From assembly GCA_000004985.1 (NCBI GenBank), contig GG738869.1: 64,000 bases of DNA. The stretch is one strand, 5' to 3'. Made by a program: the position numbers and the translations under genes. The DNA is from Naegleria gruberi (Eukaryota). The notes beneath the pieces are model-generated. The model was given only the letters and a program-made list of their open reading frames with translations. It ran no database searches and had not been told where the DNA came from. This document shows positions 21,496 to 32,794 of this stretch, piece after piece; the first letter of the stretch is position 1, and each line of letters opens with the position of its first letter.

Positions 21496-22431
21496 ATGTC
21501 TCGAGTTGTTGTGGAACTTGTTGATTTAAATGTCGTTGAAAATTCATCATCAGATCATATTATTTATTTAATTAATTTATTGAAGAGATCATTTACAAAA
21601 AAACAACATCAATTTTCGTTGAATTTTAACATGATTGGTCAATTTGATCAACTTTCTCCACAAGATCCTGTCTTTGATATTGCCATTTCCAAAAAGTATG
21701 ACACTATACTCATTCCACAGAAGGTTGGTATATCAATTTATAATAGACCAAGTAGTAGGGAAACTTTCCATCTCGAGCAATTATTCAAAGTAGAGAAACC
21801 CAATACTGAGCTTCGTTGTATGAAATTGGTTGATGAGCAAGGAGAGGAATTTATCTATGCAACAGATTACTCAAACGCTGTTGTTAAATTTAGTGTTTCG
21901 GATATTATGATACGAAAAGTTTTTTCAATTATTTGGCAATCTGAACCATTTTCTAATTTGTGGGGATTGGATGTTTTGAATGGAAAAGTTTATGCAGTTG
22001 ACAATATGACATCAGTTAAAATTTTGGATTGCAAAAGTGGTGCAACTATTTCAGAAAATGCTCCAAACGTAGCAGAAGGATACGGTATTCATTTCTTGTC
22101 AGAGAAACAAGCAGTTATAAGCAACTCAAAGAAAGTGGAAATATTCGAAAGGGACAAATTTGGTAATTGGAATTCCATCAAACAAACTCAATTTCCAATG
22201 GAAGCTGCCTATGCAATTTTCTGTGAAGAATCATCCGGATTAATCTATGTTTGTGAGGATTCTCAATTACATGGATTGAATATTCATGTGGTAAGACAGA
22301 ATGATTTGACATTGGTGAAATCATTTCCAATTCCTTCCTTGCATTTTGGTGTTATGGTGGACGATAAAAGTGGATTGCTATATGTGTGCCATTATGAAAG
22401 TTCGAAAATGAAGGTTAATGTTTATGAATAA
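21496..22431 (+). CDS. Hypothetical protein, possibly a beta-propeller fold.
   Basis: A 311-aa ORF preceded by an A-run before the ATG. Recurrent ...LYVCE / ...LLYVCHY blade-like segments. No family assignment. Confidence 0.4.
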   Translation: MSRVVVELVDLNVVENSSSDHIIYLINLLKRSFTKKQHQFSLNFNMIGQFDQLSPQDPVFDIAISKKYDTILIPQKVGISIYNRPSSRETFHLEQLFKVEKPNTELRCMKLVDEQGEEFIYATDYSNAVVKFSVSDIMIRKVFSIIWQSEPFSNLWGLDVLNGKVYAVDNMTSVKILDCKSGATISENAPNVAEGYGIHFLSEKQAVISNSKKVEIFERDKFGNWNSIKQTQFPMEAAYAIFCEESSGLIYVCEDSQLHGLNIHVVRQNDLTLVKSFPIPSLHFGVMVDDKSGLLYVCHYESSKMKVNVYE

Positions 22432-23046
22432 TTATTGAAATAAGTGGATTTTAATTGACATTCAAATATTTGAAATATGAATAATCACGTTTTAGATAAA
22501 AAAACAGTCAAGAGCTAGTTCTTCACTTTCTGATAAGCAAAAATCGTGACTAGTTACATTTCCGTAATGGTAGGTCCATATTTCACTGGAATACTTGTGA
22601 ATTTTATTCTTAACTTTACGAATACCGGTCAAATTGCTGAGTGGAACAGAAAATCCTTGATTGGTCTTAATGATCTAAGGAATAACGCATTGTCCAACTT
22701 TGCACTTCCTTTATCCCTCACCAGTTGAGACTCTGTATGCATTTGATATATCTAAATTCAATCATGAATGAAGAGAGGAAGAAATATCAATGATGGTTAA
22801 ATCAAGGTTGCCATCAGCACTAGGAAATTTACCAACTTGTGAAATTTCACATTTCTCTTAATGTAGGGATCTCGGCACTCCTCTAACTTTGCGCTTTTTT
22901 AAATTGTTGTCGCGATATTTCCATATAAGAAAAGAATGATAATTTCAGCCTTATTACAATTTGAATCTAGTACACGTTGCAGTACAACACTTCATTAAAT
23001 TAGAATCAATACCATTCACATTTAATTTAATAATTAAAATAAATAA

Positions 23047-24533
23047 TTATTGAGATTGTTTTACAGCTCTTACAGTTTGAGCTAATCTTTTCATCTCACT
23101 TAATTGATTAGAACATGATTTGATAATACTATTCTGTCTATCAAAAATTCCTCTCAAAGTCATATCACGAGCTGGTGGCAATGGTTGTGAATATTCGGTA
23201 ACAATTGTTGGTTGAGGCTCAAATGTATTGAAATGTTGAGAAAAGTAGGATGGTTCAGTGGTGATGGTTGGTTTATCATCCAATTCAATATCATTTGATT
23301 GTGGAATTGATTGTGACTCAAATGAAATTAAATCAACATTTGATTGGGCTTCACTTGGAGCTTGTGAAATGGCATCATCATTATCAATGACATCAAATTC
23401 TTCATCTTCAAAATTTACATCACCTTCCAATTTTCTCTTACTCAACATTAATTCATATTCACCCAAAAGTTTACTGTAAATTCCACCAATAACCATGGAA
23501 GGCAAAGCAACAATCACAATACCAGACAAGATGGTCATGATAGCAATAATTCTTCCCAAAACTAAGAGTTTGGTTCTTAATAAATGTTAAATTAATGAAT
23601 TAACATACCTGTAACTGGAGCCATGTCACCATAACCAACTGTAGCAATGGTAACAACGCTGTACCACATACAAATTAAAATATTTGAAAATGGTGAAGGT
23701 GTACCATCTGGTCTTAACCATTGTCCAGATTTGAGATCATATTTTCCACGTTCAGCATAATAAACAAGAGTACTACAAATAAGAGCACCCATAAATATTA
23801 AAACAGAGATTGATAAGAGCATATCCATAGATCTTCTCAATGAAACAATAAGCAATTGAAATTTAGCAGAATATCTTGTCAATTTGATAAGTTTTAAAAG
23901 TTTTAAAACTCTGAAAATTGTCAAAACTTGAAGATTGACATTTAACCAAGTACTGGCATCTGCCATATAAATTATTAAATCAAAGTAAAATGGAACGAAA
24001 CTAGCAATATCAATTAAATTGGCAGGAGCTTTAACAAAATGTCTAAAATCACCCCAAGTATTTACATAAGCAGCCATTCTTGCAAAATATTCAAGCATGA
24101 AACAAACTGATAAAAATCCAGTAATAAGCAGCCACATGATTTCGAATGGGAAAAAGAATGGAAAAGATCTCAAAATTAAACATAGGGTTTGAATAACAGT
24201 CATGAGTGACGTTATCACTGTAATGATCATGGCTACATATGATGATCTAGGATGTTCCAATAATAAATATAATTTTTGTTTCCATGTTCTTTCCTTATTA
24301 CTTTGTGGAATACTCTTGATAATATTAATAGTTCTTCTACTTCGGAATAGTCTTGAATTTTCAATTACTTCCAATGTTTTCTTTTTTTCCTTTTCCTCTA
24401 ACTTGAGTTTTGCTTTGATTTCTTTTAAAGTGGTTGGTGGTTGTTGTTCGATAGCTTCCTTTTCATGCTGTGATGATGAGGAAGGCGATGCGGGTGTTGC
24501 TGTTGTTGTAGGTGTTGGCGTTGTTGTACTCAT
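23047..24533 (-). CDS. Six-TM voltage-gated-type K+ channel without a T1 domain. Two exons: 23609..24533 and 23047..23561.
   Basis: S4 with basic residues every third position (LKLLKLIKLTRYSAKFQLLIVSLRRS). K+ selectivity filter TIATVGYGDM. A 47-nt GTATGT..AG intron (23562..23608) lies between APVTG and the S6 helix (VLGRIIAIMTILSGIVIVALPSMVIGGIY). Confidence 0.75.
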
Positions 24534-24783
24534 TTTTTTAATATTTTAATCATTTGTAAAAATTATTAGATAATAAATATTAATTTGTTTTCATAAACAT
24601 TTCTGTTACTGCTTCCAAATCGAGATTATCCATGGAAATAGATGGAAGAAAGTCTTTGAGTGACCAATTCTTGCAGATCCAATAAACATGTCCTTCTTCA
24701 AACGATGGTGAAATCTTTAGGTTAAAAAAGATGACAATAATTTATGAATTAATTTTTTTTTATATTTTAAAAAGGAGAATAGC

Positions 24784-25487
24784 TTATTTCTTGGACTTCT
24801 TTTGTTGGATTCTCTTCAAGTAGAAAGCCAATTCAGCACCTTCCAAGACAATACCGTCAGCACGACCAACTTGACCTGGTCTAGATCTAATTCTAGCCAA
24901 CAATCTACCAGTGGACAATTGTTCCTTGAGGAGAGGATCAACTTCTGGAGCCTTCTTTCTATTTTCCAAAACCTTAGCCTTGGTCTTTTCGTCCATCTTT
25001 TCCAAGAGGTCTTCCTTCTTCTTACCCAAGGAGATACCGTAGGTCTTTTCGTAGAATTGCTTGAATGGAGAAGCATCAACCAAAACAACAGCACCCTTGA
25101 CGATAGCCTTAGTTCTGACCAATTCGTTGTTAGTGGCGTTGTAAACAACGTCCATGATTCTGGTTGGAGTAGACATAGCTTCAGAACCCCAAGCGAAGTT
25201 ACCGCTGTTCAATCTGAGGGCTCTAACCTTGTAGTTACCACCTCTAACTCTGACCATGGAGATCTTAGTCTTACCCATCTTGGTGTTAGCAGCAGCTCTA
25301 CCCAATTCGAACTTTCTCTTCTTTCTGTGGATCTTTCTCTTACCACCGGTAACACGCTTCTTATGGAGATCGCTCTTGGTAATACCTGGTTATTGATAAA
25401 TAGTAATGCGATGTTAAAATTGTTTATATGTTGTTGCCAGCAACAGTTGTTATTAATATTAGTAGCGAACCTCATCTACGTACCCAT
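24784..25487 (-). CDS. RPS8: 40S ribosomal protein eS8 (RPS8). Two exons: 25484..25487 (just ATGG) and 24784..25385.
   Basis: MG|ITKSDLHKKRVTGGKRKIHRKKRKFELGRAAANTKMGKTKIS...QQKKSKK matches eS8 along its length. Exon 1 is the 4 nt ATGG, followed by a GTACGT donor. A 98-nt intron ends at CCAG|GTATTACC. Codon bias is extreme (GGT, AAG, AGA, TTG, ATC, AAC, TTC), as expected for a highly expressed gene. Confidence 0.85.
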
Positions 25488-25764
25488 TTTGACTTTGATG
25501 TATTTTTTTTCAACAAATTTTTGGTTAACTAGCAAAGAAGTTTTTTACAACCAAAACCTTCAATAAAAATTTCTCAGCTGTTCGAAAAAAGACAAGTCTG
25601 CTTCAACAAAACACTTCCCAACACCATCAGTGCATGTCTTTGAGCAAACTATCAACAGATCACATGCATCAATATTGTACTACTGGATTGACATAGTATT
25701 CACCTTCGTCTATGCAATGAAAGTATCTTCTCTTTAAAAAAGTCTTTAAATTACAACAAAAAAT

Positions 25765-26458
25765 ATGAGCAGCACCATCTTCTCCGAATCATCACCATAT
25801 TTTAAATCACTCTTCCATTCATTTAAATTCCCATTTGCACCAATTAATGGTGTTTTTATCGGAAAGAGAAAGGATGATAAAACTGTGGAAATTACCGATT
25901 GTGTTCCTCTCTGTCACTCTACTTCATCAATATGTACCACTCCTTTGGTGGAAATGGCTCTTATTCAAATTGATAGAATTATTGGAGATGATTTAACAAT
26001 TGTTGGATATTATTTTGGTACTGATTATGCTGAATTGTCATCAGATTTTACCGTACCATCAATTCATACTTCAATCTTTACTAAAATTTCTGAAAATTTC
26101 CCTGGAGCTTTACTTTGGATGGTATGTGTGTTTTATAATTTTCAAAATTCAAATTATTGGATTTAATATTATTATGTCTTTTGGATTTGACAATTTACAT
26201 CAATGACATTATAATGATGACAAATAGCTTGAAGATAAGAAACTCAATCAACTTTCTAAATCTATGGTATTCAAGACTTATCAATTAAAATCAAGCAAAT
26301 TAGTACCATGTGATTGTGATATTAAGGGTTTACAAGAATCAGATTTCCAAACACTTGCTGATCACTTAGAAAAGTCAACCTTTGATTCTCTTGTCGATTT
26401 TGAAATACACACAGACAATCCTTCACTTGACTATTTCAATAAATCCTTAAAATTGTAA
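25765..26458 (+). CDS. ER membrane protein complex subunit 8/9-like (UPF0172 / Mov34-like). Two exons: 25765..26121 and 26228..26458.
   Basis: NGVFIGKRKDDKTVEITDCVPLCH...PLVEMALIQIDRI...VGYYFGTDY parallels EMC8's AVNGLLV...[35 protein letters not shown]. The C-terminal exon (SKLVPCDCDIKGLQESDFQTLADHLEKSTFDSLVDFEIHTDN) matches the EMC8 tail. A 106-nt GTATGT..AG intron separates the exons. Confidence 0.65.
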
Positions 26459-26587
26459 ATTTATATTAAAATAATACCAATTTAATACTTTTTATTGACA
26501 AAGACCAAATAATGTGGTGAGAGAAAATGTGATGTGATAAAATTCGCAAAGTTGTGTTGATAAATATTACTAAATCAATTAAAGAAA

Positions 26588-27046
26588 TTAATGTTTTCTA
26601 ATATATCTAACTCCGCAATATTTGCAACGTTCAGGGGTAGTGTGGTTAATTCTAATGTATTCTGTTGGGTGACCCATTCCGTTTGAGTGGAATCCATTAC
26701 AAACAGCTGTTTCACCATCAATTTCGATTGGTGGAAGAGAGTCCAAATCCAAACCTTCAATAGATTCAGCAAAGTGTTCATCAATCATTTTCCAATGTTG
26801 TTCAGAAGCAGCATCTAATTTATAAGATTCTTCTTCAGCAGTATTGTGAATATATGCAGAGTTACCATGACCACCACTTCTGCTCACGGAAGATGAAGAA
26901 AATGAGCGAATCAATGGTACAGAAGGAAATAAGTTATTGTTGTTTTTGACGATGGAAGATACAATACGGGAGGTTCTTTGAAGAGAAAACATTTTTTTGT
27001 TTTTTAATATTTTTAAAAAATTTAAAATGATGGTTTTCTTGGCCAA
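26588..27046 (-). CDS. NADH:ubiquinone oxidoreductase (complex I) 13-kDa Zn-finger subunit NDUFS6, with a mitochondrial presequence.
   Basis: C-terminal zf-CHCC motif: ETAVCNGFHSNGMGHPTEYIRINHTTPERCKYCGVRYIRKH, compared with [36 protein letters not shown]. The N-terminal region is basic and Ser-rich. The true start may be the internal Met (MFSLQRTSRIV, at about 26992). Confidence 0.7.
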   Translation of the reverse strand: MAKKTIILNFLKILKNKKMFSLQRTSRIVSSIVKNNNNLFPSVPLIRSFSSSSVSRSGGHGNSAYIHNTAEEESYKLDAASEQHWKMIDEHFAESIEGLDLDSLPPIEIDGETAVCNGFHSNGMGHPTEYIRINHTTPERCKYCGVRYIRKH

Positions 27047-27446
27047 AGCTTGCTTTCGATAAATATTGAAAACTCAGCAAAGATTGAATGATGACAATAA
27101 GCAAAGATATTATTCAAACTTAACGAATAGAATGAAGTTTTATTTAAGAAGTAGTATTATTTTTGAAATGGCGAAAATCCAATCCGCTTCGGATGAGTTC
27201 TATGTCATTTCGTGCCATTTCGTTCCATTAATATGATGAAATCTTAATACACAAAAACTGTAAAGAGAATAGTGGATAACTATCCAATAAACAAATCGCT
27301 ACTTTTTAAAACCCAATCACTATAATTGTAAATGACAAGGATCCCTCCAACGTTCTATTAGCTTGGAATAAATTTTGCATACGTCCTCTTCTTTCTATCA
27401 ATTTGCTTTGTAGAAACAAAATTCTAAATTTATAACAGTCAAAAAA

Positions 27447-28152
27447 ATGCAATCATCTCTCCGTGCCTTTAAGTCCCTCTCGAGAAGCAGAAGCTCCTCC
27501 ACCCTCTCATCATCCAGTAAGTTTAAAGTTTTATGGAGCGGATTTTAATCCTTGTATATTGTTTTGTTTTGTATAATTTTCTCTCCACTCTAAAATTTAA
27601 TCATGAATTTTCTCTTTAGTAAAACACAATAGAAATGCCAGTATTTTGGACCAGTCCATTAACCAAGTACGAAATAGACAAAAACTTCTCATCATTGAAC
27701 ATCCGAACCAAGAAAGAGTATTTTTCATTCCTACTTGCAGTAACGGAAATACAATTTCAATGAATTTGCTCATGTCTGATATCCAAGAGTCATTGCTGGA
27801 TCATGATCTTTTCAGACATCCTCATACCACTAGTGGTGGATTTTCAGAAAAGGTTCACCTCATGTATCCAAAAGAACATCACAAACGTGTTGTTAATATC
27901 CTTTCTCAAAGATCATTCAAAGATGAATCTAAGGACCCACTTGACGCCTTGTATCATCAAGCAGACTCCAATGTTAACCCAGTAACAAAAAACAAACAAC
28001 TCATCAAGATGGAATACATAATACCACGTAAAGAAGTGTCTCCAAAGAAATCAACTCAATCAAAATCATCCTCCCTCAAGTCAAGCTCTCCATCTAAAGT
28101 TTCATTGAATAGACAAACTACAAGTGAACCTTCAGGTGAAGAAAATCAATAA
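27447..28152 (+). CDS. Hypothetical protein with a presequence-like first exon. Two exons: 27447..27516 and 27620..28152.
   Basis: Exon 1 (MQSSLRAFKSLSRSRSSSTLSSS) ends at a GTAAGT donor. A 103-nt intron ends at TTTAG. Exon 2 continues in-frame (IKHNRNASILDQSINQVRNRQKLLIIEHPNQERVFFIPTCSNGNTISMNLL...). No family recognised. Confidence 0.5.
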
Positions 28153-28345
28153 TTTCTAACTTTTGACACATTGTGTCTGTATCTTGTAAATTTTCAATTA
28201 TGTGTGGGTTTGTACAGTTTGCTCACATGAACAATCCGCGGTATCTTGTACAAAAATTGAACGTTAAGTTAAATAAAGTTTTTATTCTCTTCCAATATTA
28301 CAAATGTTACAACCCTAAATAATATTATTCAAAGGGCAATTCTAT

Positions 28346-28915
28346 TTACTTTTTGAAAACAACCTTTCCATCGACAATCTTCCATTCCATTTCCTTCAAA
28401 TAGTCTACTTCAGTAACTTGATCGAAACTCAACTTCTTTCTAAGAGGAGTATCCAACCAGAATGGCGACAAGGTTTCTCTAACAGAATTCCATTGAGAGA
28501 AAACTGCCTTCATATCAACTGGAGTAGCACTAGTATCAGCCAACAATGGTGAAGCAGATGTATCTTTAGCGTGATTGAACTATAAAAATCCAAACAATAA
28601 TAATAACAACAATAAATTCAACAATGTTCCAATTCATCCATAATAAATAAACAAGAATAAATTATATCAATATCATATTATCACAAAGTTCCGCAAACAA
28701 GTTTTAATTATCATCACACCATCATAAATCCATCATCAAAAAATTTTAATCATCACACAATTTCCAAATATTTAAATATTTTACTACTTATCCAATATAC
28801 GTACCAAGTAAGCAATACCAAAAACTGGAACGAAAATCAACACTAACTTGTTTACCTTGGCAAGGATTTGATTGGCAGTAAAAGGACCGAGAGAGGCAGA
28901 AGGGCGGATTGGCAT
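28346..28915 (-). CDS. Small hypothetical protein of about 97 aa. Two exons: 28856..28915 and 28346..28579, separated by a 275-nt intron.
   Basis: Exon 1 (MPIRPSASLGPFTANQILAK) is followed by GTAAAC. Exon 2 follows a TATAG acceptor (FNHAKDTSASPLLADTSATPVDMKAVFSQWNSVRETLSPFWLDTPLRKKLSFDQVTEVDYLKEMEWKIVDGKVVFKK). It might be a small respiratory-chain accessory subunit, but it is unassigned. Confidence 0.4.
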
Positions 28916-29037
28916 TTTTTTTAAACTTGAAGTTTTATTTTTTTAAATGCATTCGGCTTATTCAAAATCTGAGAGAATTGAGGCGAATCGATTGTTATTG
29001 GAATTGAAACAGTTTGATTGGGAAATTGTTTGGAAAT

Positions 29038-30228
29038 TTATTTAAAAACAAGAACAGTTTCATAGGAAATATCTGGAATTCTATTGGTAAGAAGTAATTG
29101 TCCAGTAGTTGAGTTGATTGTGAGGTCCATGTATGTTCCTTGGAATTTGTGTTGATTTTTGGCCTTTCCAAGATTTGGAATAGTGTTACCATTAAACATT
29201 GTTTCTGATCCATCTGGATGTACAATAACAATTGCATTACTTTCACAAGTGTTCATATTTCTATAACCTGCATAGATACAATTACTATTCTTGTCAAACT
29301 TCAATGATTCAATAGCACCAAGCTTTGGCAATTGTTGAGTACCAACAACTTTTCCATTTGGCTTCAAGATGGTCAACTCACTTGTGTATGAATTGGAAAG
29401 GCAAATATTACCATCCTTATTCAAACAGATGCAACTAACTTTCTGAGCTACACAATAGCCACTCATATCTTGACCAACATTGGCAAGAACTTTACCATTT
29501 GAACTATCAACTACACATACAGAAGGTTGTTGAATTCCAGAATAGAGAGAATCTCTTGCACAGTAAATTTTACCATTCTCATCAATGGTGCAATCTTTCA
29601 TATCTGAATCCAATGTTACTGCCCATTTTCTTTGTCTTCCATCGATGGATATCTTGTGAAGCTTGGTTTTCTGAAGAACAATAATACCATCACCTTTTGG
29701 ATCGACTTCCAAAGCATCGATTGCAAAGTCCAATTCTTTCAATTCGAAATTGTAAAGGAAATCCAAGGTTGTGGCATTGAACACAAAAATTCTAATAATG
29801 TGTCTATTCTCAGCTACAAAGATGAGGTTATTTTGTCTGTCGTAGGCAATTTTCTGTGGTTGTTGCATGGTAAGATTGAAATCTTCACGATCACCCAAAC
29901 ATTCAACAAAATCAAAATCTCCAGAGAAGTCAATTGGGTCTTTTGAGAGATGTTCAGTAGTTTTAACAAACTTTCTCTTGGTCATGGTTGAAGAGCTACT
30001 TGAGGTTGAAGTGCTTGATTGACTGGTCTCGTAGTCATCTTTATAAGATGGTTTTTCATCTCTTCCACGATTGTTACTTCTGACATTTGGAAGCAAATTC
30101 TTGATACGGCTTGCAGAACGAAGAATATTCTCAACATTGTTTAGAATTGAAGACATTTTGTTTTTTAGTGTTTTGATTATCATAGTTTGACCATTTTCTC
30201 TTTTTAAAATGTTTGATCTTAATGTCAT
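29038..30228 (-). CDS. NHL-repeat beta-propeller protein with a basic, Ser-rich N-terminal region.
   Basis: NHL-type blades (LIFVAENRHIIRIFVFNATTLDFLYNF; KIYCARDSLYSGIQQPSVCVVD; GKVVGTQQLPKLGAIESLKFDKNSNCIYAG). The N-terminal ~90 aa are low-complexity (SSTSTSSSSS). Confidence 0.55.
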   Translation of the reverse strand: MTLRSNILKRENGQTMIIKTLKNKMSSILNNVENILRSASRIKNLLPNVRSNNRGRDEKPSYKDDYETSQSSTSTSSSSSTMTKRKFVKTTEHLSKDPIDFSGDFDFVECLGDREDFNLTMQQPQKIAYDRQNNLIFVAENRHIIRIFVFNATTLDFLYNFELKELDFAIDALEVDPKGDGIIVLQKTKLHKISIDGRQRKWAVTLDSDMKDCTIDENGKIYCARDSLYSGIQQPSVCVVDSSNGKVLANVGQDMSGYCVAQKVSCICLNKDGNICLSNSYTSELTILKPNGKVVGTQQLPKLGAIESLKFDKNSNCIYAGYRNMNTCESNAIVIVHPDGSETMFNGNTIPNLGKAKNQHKFQGTYMDLTINSTTGQLLLTNRIPDISYETVLVFK

Positions 30229-30419
30229 CCATCAAGATAATTAAGAAATTCAAGGAACAGTTAGGAACTGAGTCATACATTAATAAATCTATTAGATCTG
30301 TATCAACCCCCTGGTCAAGAAACAATAGATCAACATGAAACGTTCAAAAGGAGTTAATCAAAGTTCTTTTGCTTTCATTCATTTGTCATTATTTGGATTT
30401 TCTTTATCAAGTTGTTTAT

Positions 30420-31835
30420 TTACACAAATGAAATATCAGAAAACTTGTTGTTCAAGCTGGAATACAACTTGTTGATGAATTTTTCATCTTTTCTCTTCAA
30501 ATTATTAGAAATGAAAGGTTGGGAGTTATTGGAAACAATTCTTTGCATGCACGATTGTACTTCTTCTTCATTGGTCGTATTACACACGTGATAATCAAAC
30601 TTGGAGTCTTTACAATATTGTTGGAATAGGTTTTCATACTCGTTAATGGTTGAATTGAGTACACTTCTTTCCAAATTAAGATTGGACATGGATTTCAATT
30701 CTTCTTTCATAGAATCACAAACTTGTCTTTGATAACGAGCTTCTACTGAGAGTTTTTCTTGGAGAATATCTGGTTTTGAAAAGATTACAACCTTTCTGCT
30801 ATTCTTCAATTGTTTCTTGGTCAATAATTCTTTAAAGGTCTTTAAGCTTTCGTCCATTCTATTGGTTTTGGAATCTTCTATGGATTGCTGATTGAATTCA
30901 GAGAGGGAAACAAAGAGTAACAAGACATTGGTTCCTTCCAAATCGAGTGAATTCCATCTTCTTCTTTCCATCTTCTTTCCTCCAGCTGTAACCAAATTCA
31001 ATTCATGACTAGTGGAAAATCTTCTAATGGTTTCTCTTTGTGTCGAATTCGTGCTATTATATAATTGATATTTACATTTTTGAAGGCAGAGTTTACCATT
31101 CTTGAATACTTGATTCATATTTTCTGTGAAATGCTTTGCATCCTTATTCTTTTCATAGTAAGATTTCAGGCAAGTTGACCAAATTCTTTCAAAATCTGTG
31201 ATAATTATTTGAATTTCATCATCTTTCGGGGAGCTAACATCTTCTGTTGATTCCTCCCCACCAAAGAGAATCTTATTTGTCATCTCTGAACATTCTGGCC
31301 ATCTCTCATGTCCATCTTGTCTGTAACTCTTTGCTATCTGACTCATATGTCTACACAAACACTCAAAGTGTTCAGAAGTCGACACAGCCTTTGAATTGCT
31401 CTGATATTGCTCTGTCAATGTATTTACAAACGTACTCTTTCCACTATCTGAACCCCCCAAACACAACACATTCATTCTCTTGTTATTCATCTGCTGTTCA
31501 GTAATAGCACTGGCAGCAGCAGTAGTAGCATCAACACTCTCAATATTTACACAGTTCAAATTATCTTCATCATAACCATCACGTTCCTTTTTCTTGTTAA
31601 CATCGGATTCAACATTCACTTCATTAAGAATGCAACAATCACAATCAGAATCCTTATCTTCTTTAGCGGTGATTGCTGTTGAGAGGGACTGAGAAACACA
31701 CTCTATTAAACTCATTTGTTTTGTTTTATATATTGAATTGTATCTCGAGTTCCTAAAGTATTTAAATGAATTGCAGAATTGGTCTCTTGCTTTTTTGTTG
31801 TCCACCTTATTTGGAATTTTTAAAAAGATGCGCAT
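30420..31835 (-). CDS. Divergent heterotrimeric G-protein alpha-subunit-like protein with a long N-terminal extension.
   Basis: Motifs line up with G-alpha. The P-loop is LCLGGSDSGKSTFVNTL, compared with LLLGAGESGKST. The segment RWNSLDLEGTNVLLLFVSLSEF corresponds to DVGGQRSERKKWIHCF..IIFCVALSDYD. VVIFSKPDILQEKL corresponds to the NKKD box ILFLNKKDLFEEKI. VCNTTNEEEVQSCMQ corresponds to TCATDTxNV. The switch II residue is Thr, not Gln, in DLEGT. About 110 aa of acidic, Cys-containing N-terminal sequence precede the GTPase domain. There is no N-terminal MG. Confidence 0.55.
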   Translation of the reverse strand: MRIFLKIPNKVDNKKARDQFCNSFKYFRNSRYNSIYKTKQMSLIECVSQSLSTAITAKEDKDSDCDCCILNEVNVESDVNKKKERDGYDEDNLNCVNIESVDATTAAASAITEQQMNNKRMNVLCLGGSDSGKSTFVNTLTEQYQSNSKAVSTSEHFECLCRHMSQIAKSYRQDGHERWPECSEMTNKILFGGEESTEDVSSPKDDEIQIIITDFERIWSTCLKSYYEKNKDAKHFTENMNQVFKNGKLCLQKCKYQLYNSTNSTQRETIRRFSTSHELNLVTAGGKKMERRRWNSLDLEGTNVLLLFVSLSEFNQQSIEDSKTNRMDESLKTFKELLTKKQLKNSRKVVIFSKPDILQEKLSVEARYQRQVCDSMKEELKSMSNLNLERSVLNSTINEYENLFQQYCKDSKFDYHVCNTTNEEEVQSCMQRIVSNNSQPFISNNLKRKDEKFINKLYSSLNNKFSDISFV

Positions 31836-32794
31836 TGAATAAGTTGATTAGAGAGGAGATGATTGAATATATTCTCGTAGAGGAATGGAGAATGACCTAT
31901 TGTGTAAAAAACTATTCATGAAAGTCAATATCTCTTGGCATAAAAATTAGTTCAATAGTTGAGATTGAAGCATGTTTTGAAGATCGAACAAAAATGGAGC
32001 TATTGAACAGTGAGGATTCAATGATATGTTATTGGATGTGGAACTTGATTTATGGACTATGGATACTTTGAGGTTTTGGGGTGTGGAAAAGTTGAATGTA
32101 ATTGGAATGGATTCTTGGTTGAGTTCTATTGCATGAATTGAAATTCGAGTAATATAATTAAAAACTGTTTTTGGGACAATGGCTGATAGGAGATTTGAGC
32201 ATAAATAAACTTTAAGAAAGTTGTGTTTCCAGAAATGGCTTAAAAACAAAGTTAACATCAGCAAGTGTCATGAAGAGATTTTGAAATATTCCATTCCAAT
32301 ACAGAATTTGGGGGAGGGATTCCCTAGAAATTACATAGCCTTTCAAATAGCAGCCAACTAAATGATTCAATAATAATTTAAAAATGTTCTAGCAAATTTC
32401 TTACTTGGGTTAATAATCAAACCACTTCTAAGAAACTGCATCTTTCACATAGTGTCAAGTTTAGTATTTTTACTTGACGTGAAGAACCTGGTAATTACAA
32501 GAAACGAAAACAGCTGTTTAACAACATCTGAAGATTTATCATCACTGCCAATATCTCTCTTTCATCTGAGCTTAGAGCGCACACGATATCAAAGAATGAT
32601 ATCTCTCTAATGTTGTCAAATTGGCTCAATAAATTGAAAGAGTTCCATCATGAACTTAAGATCTTTGCCACCAGAAAACTTATTGCTATTATTTCTTTCC
32701 CCTGCTTCTTTACAAAATGTTTAATCTTTTAAATTCAGATCAAAATCTTGGTCAATAAACTTGAAAATTCAAGTTAAAAAAAAGCGCTAAAAAA

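Noticed and set aside
24202-25566. Long antisense ORFs overlapping the K+ channel and RPS8 genes: 24202..24549 +, 24802..25566 +, 24816..25148 -, 25209..25475 -.
   Set aside because: They are shadow ORFs created by the biased codon composition of the real genes on the opposite strand or in another frame. Their translations are low-complexity with no motifs, and the opposing strand carries unambiguous family signatures.
31947-32264. 105-aa minus-strand ORF in the 32-kb region, and a 60-aa ORF at 22546..22728.
   Set aside because: There is no start context, motif or codon-bias support. Both lie in AT-rich intergenic DNA.
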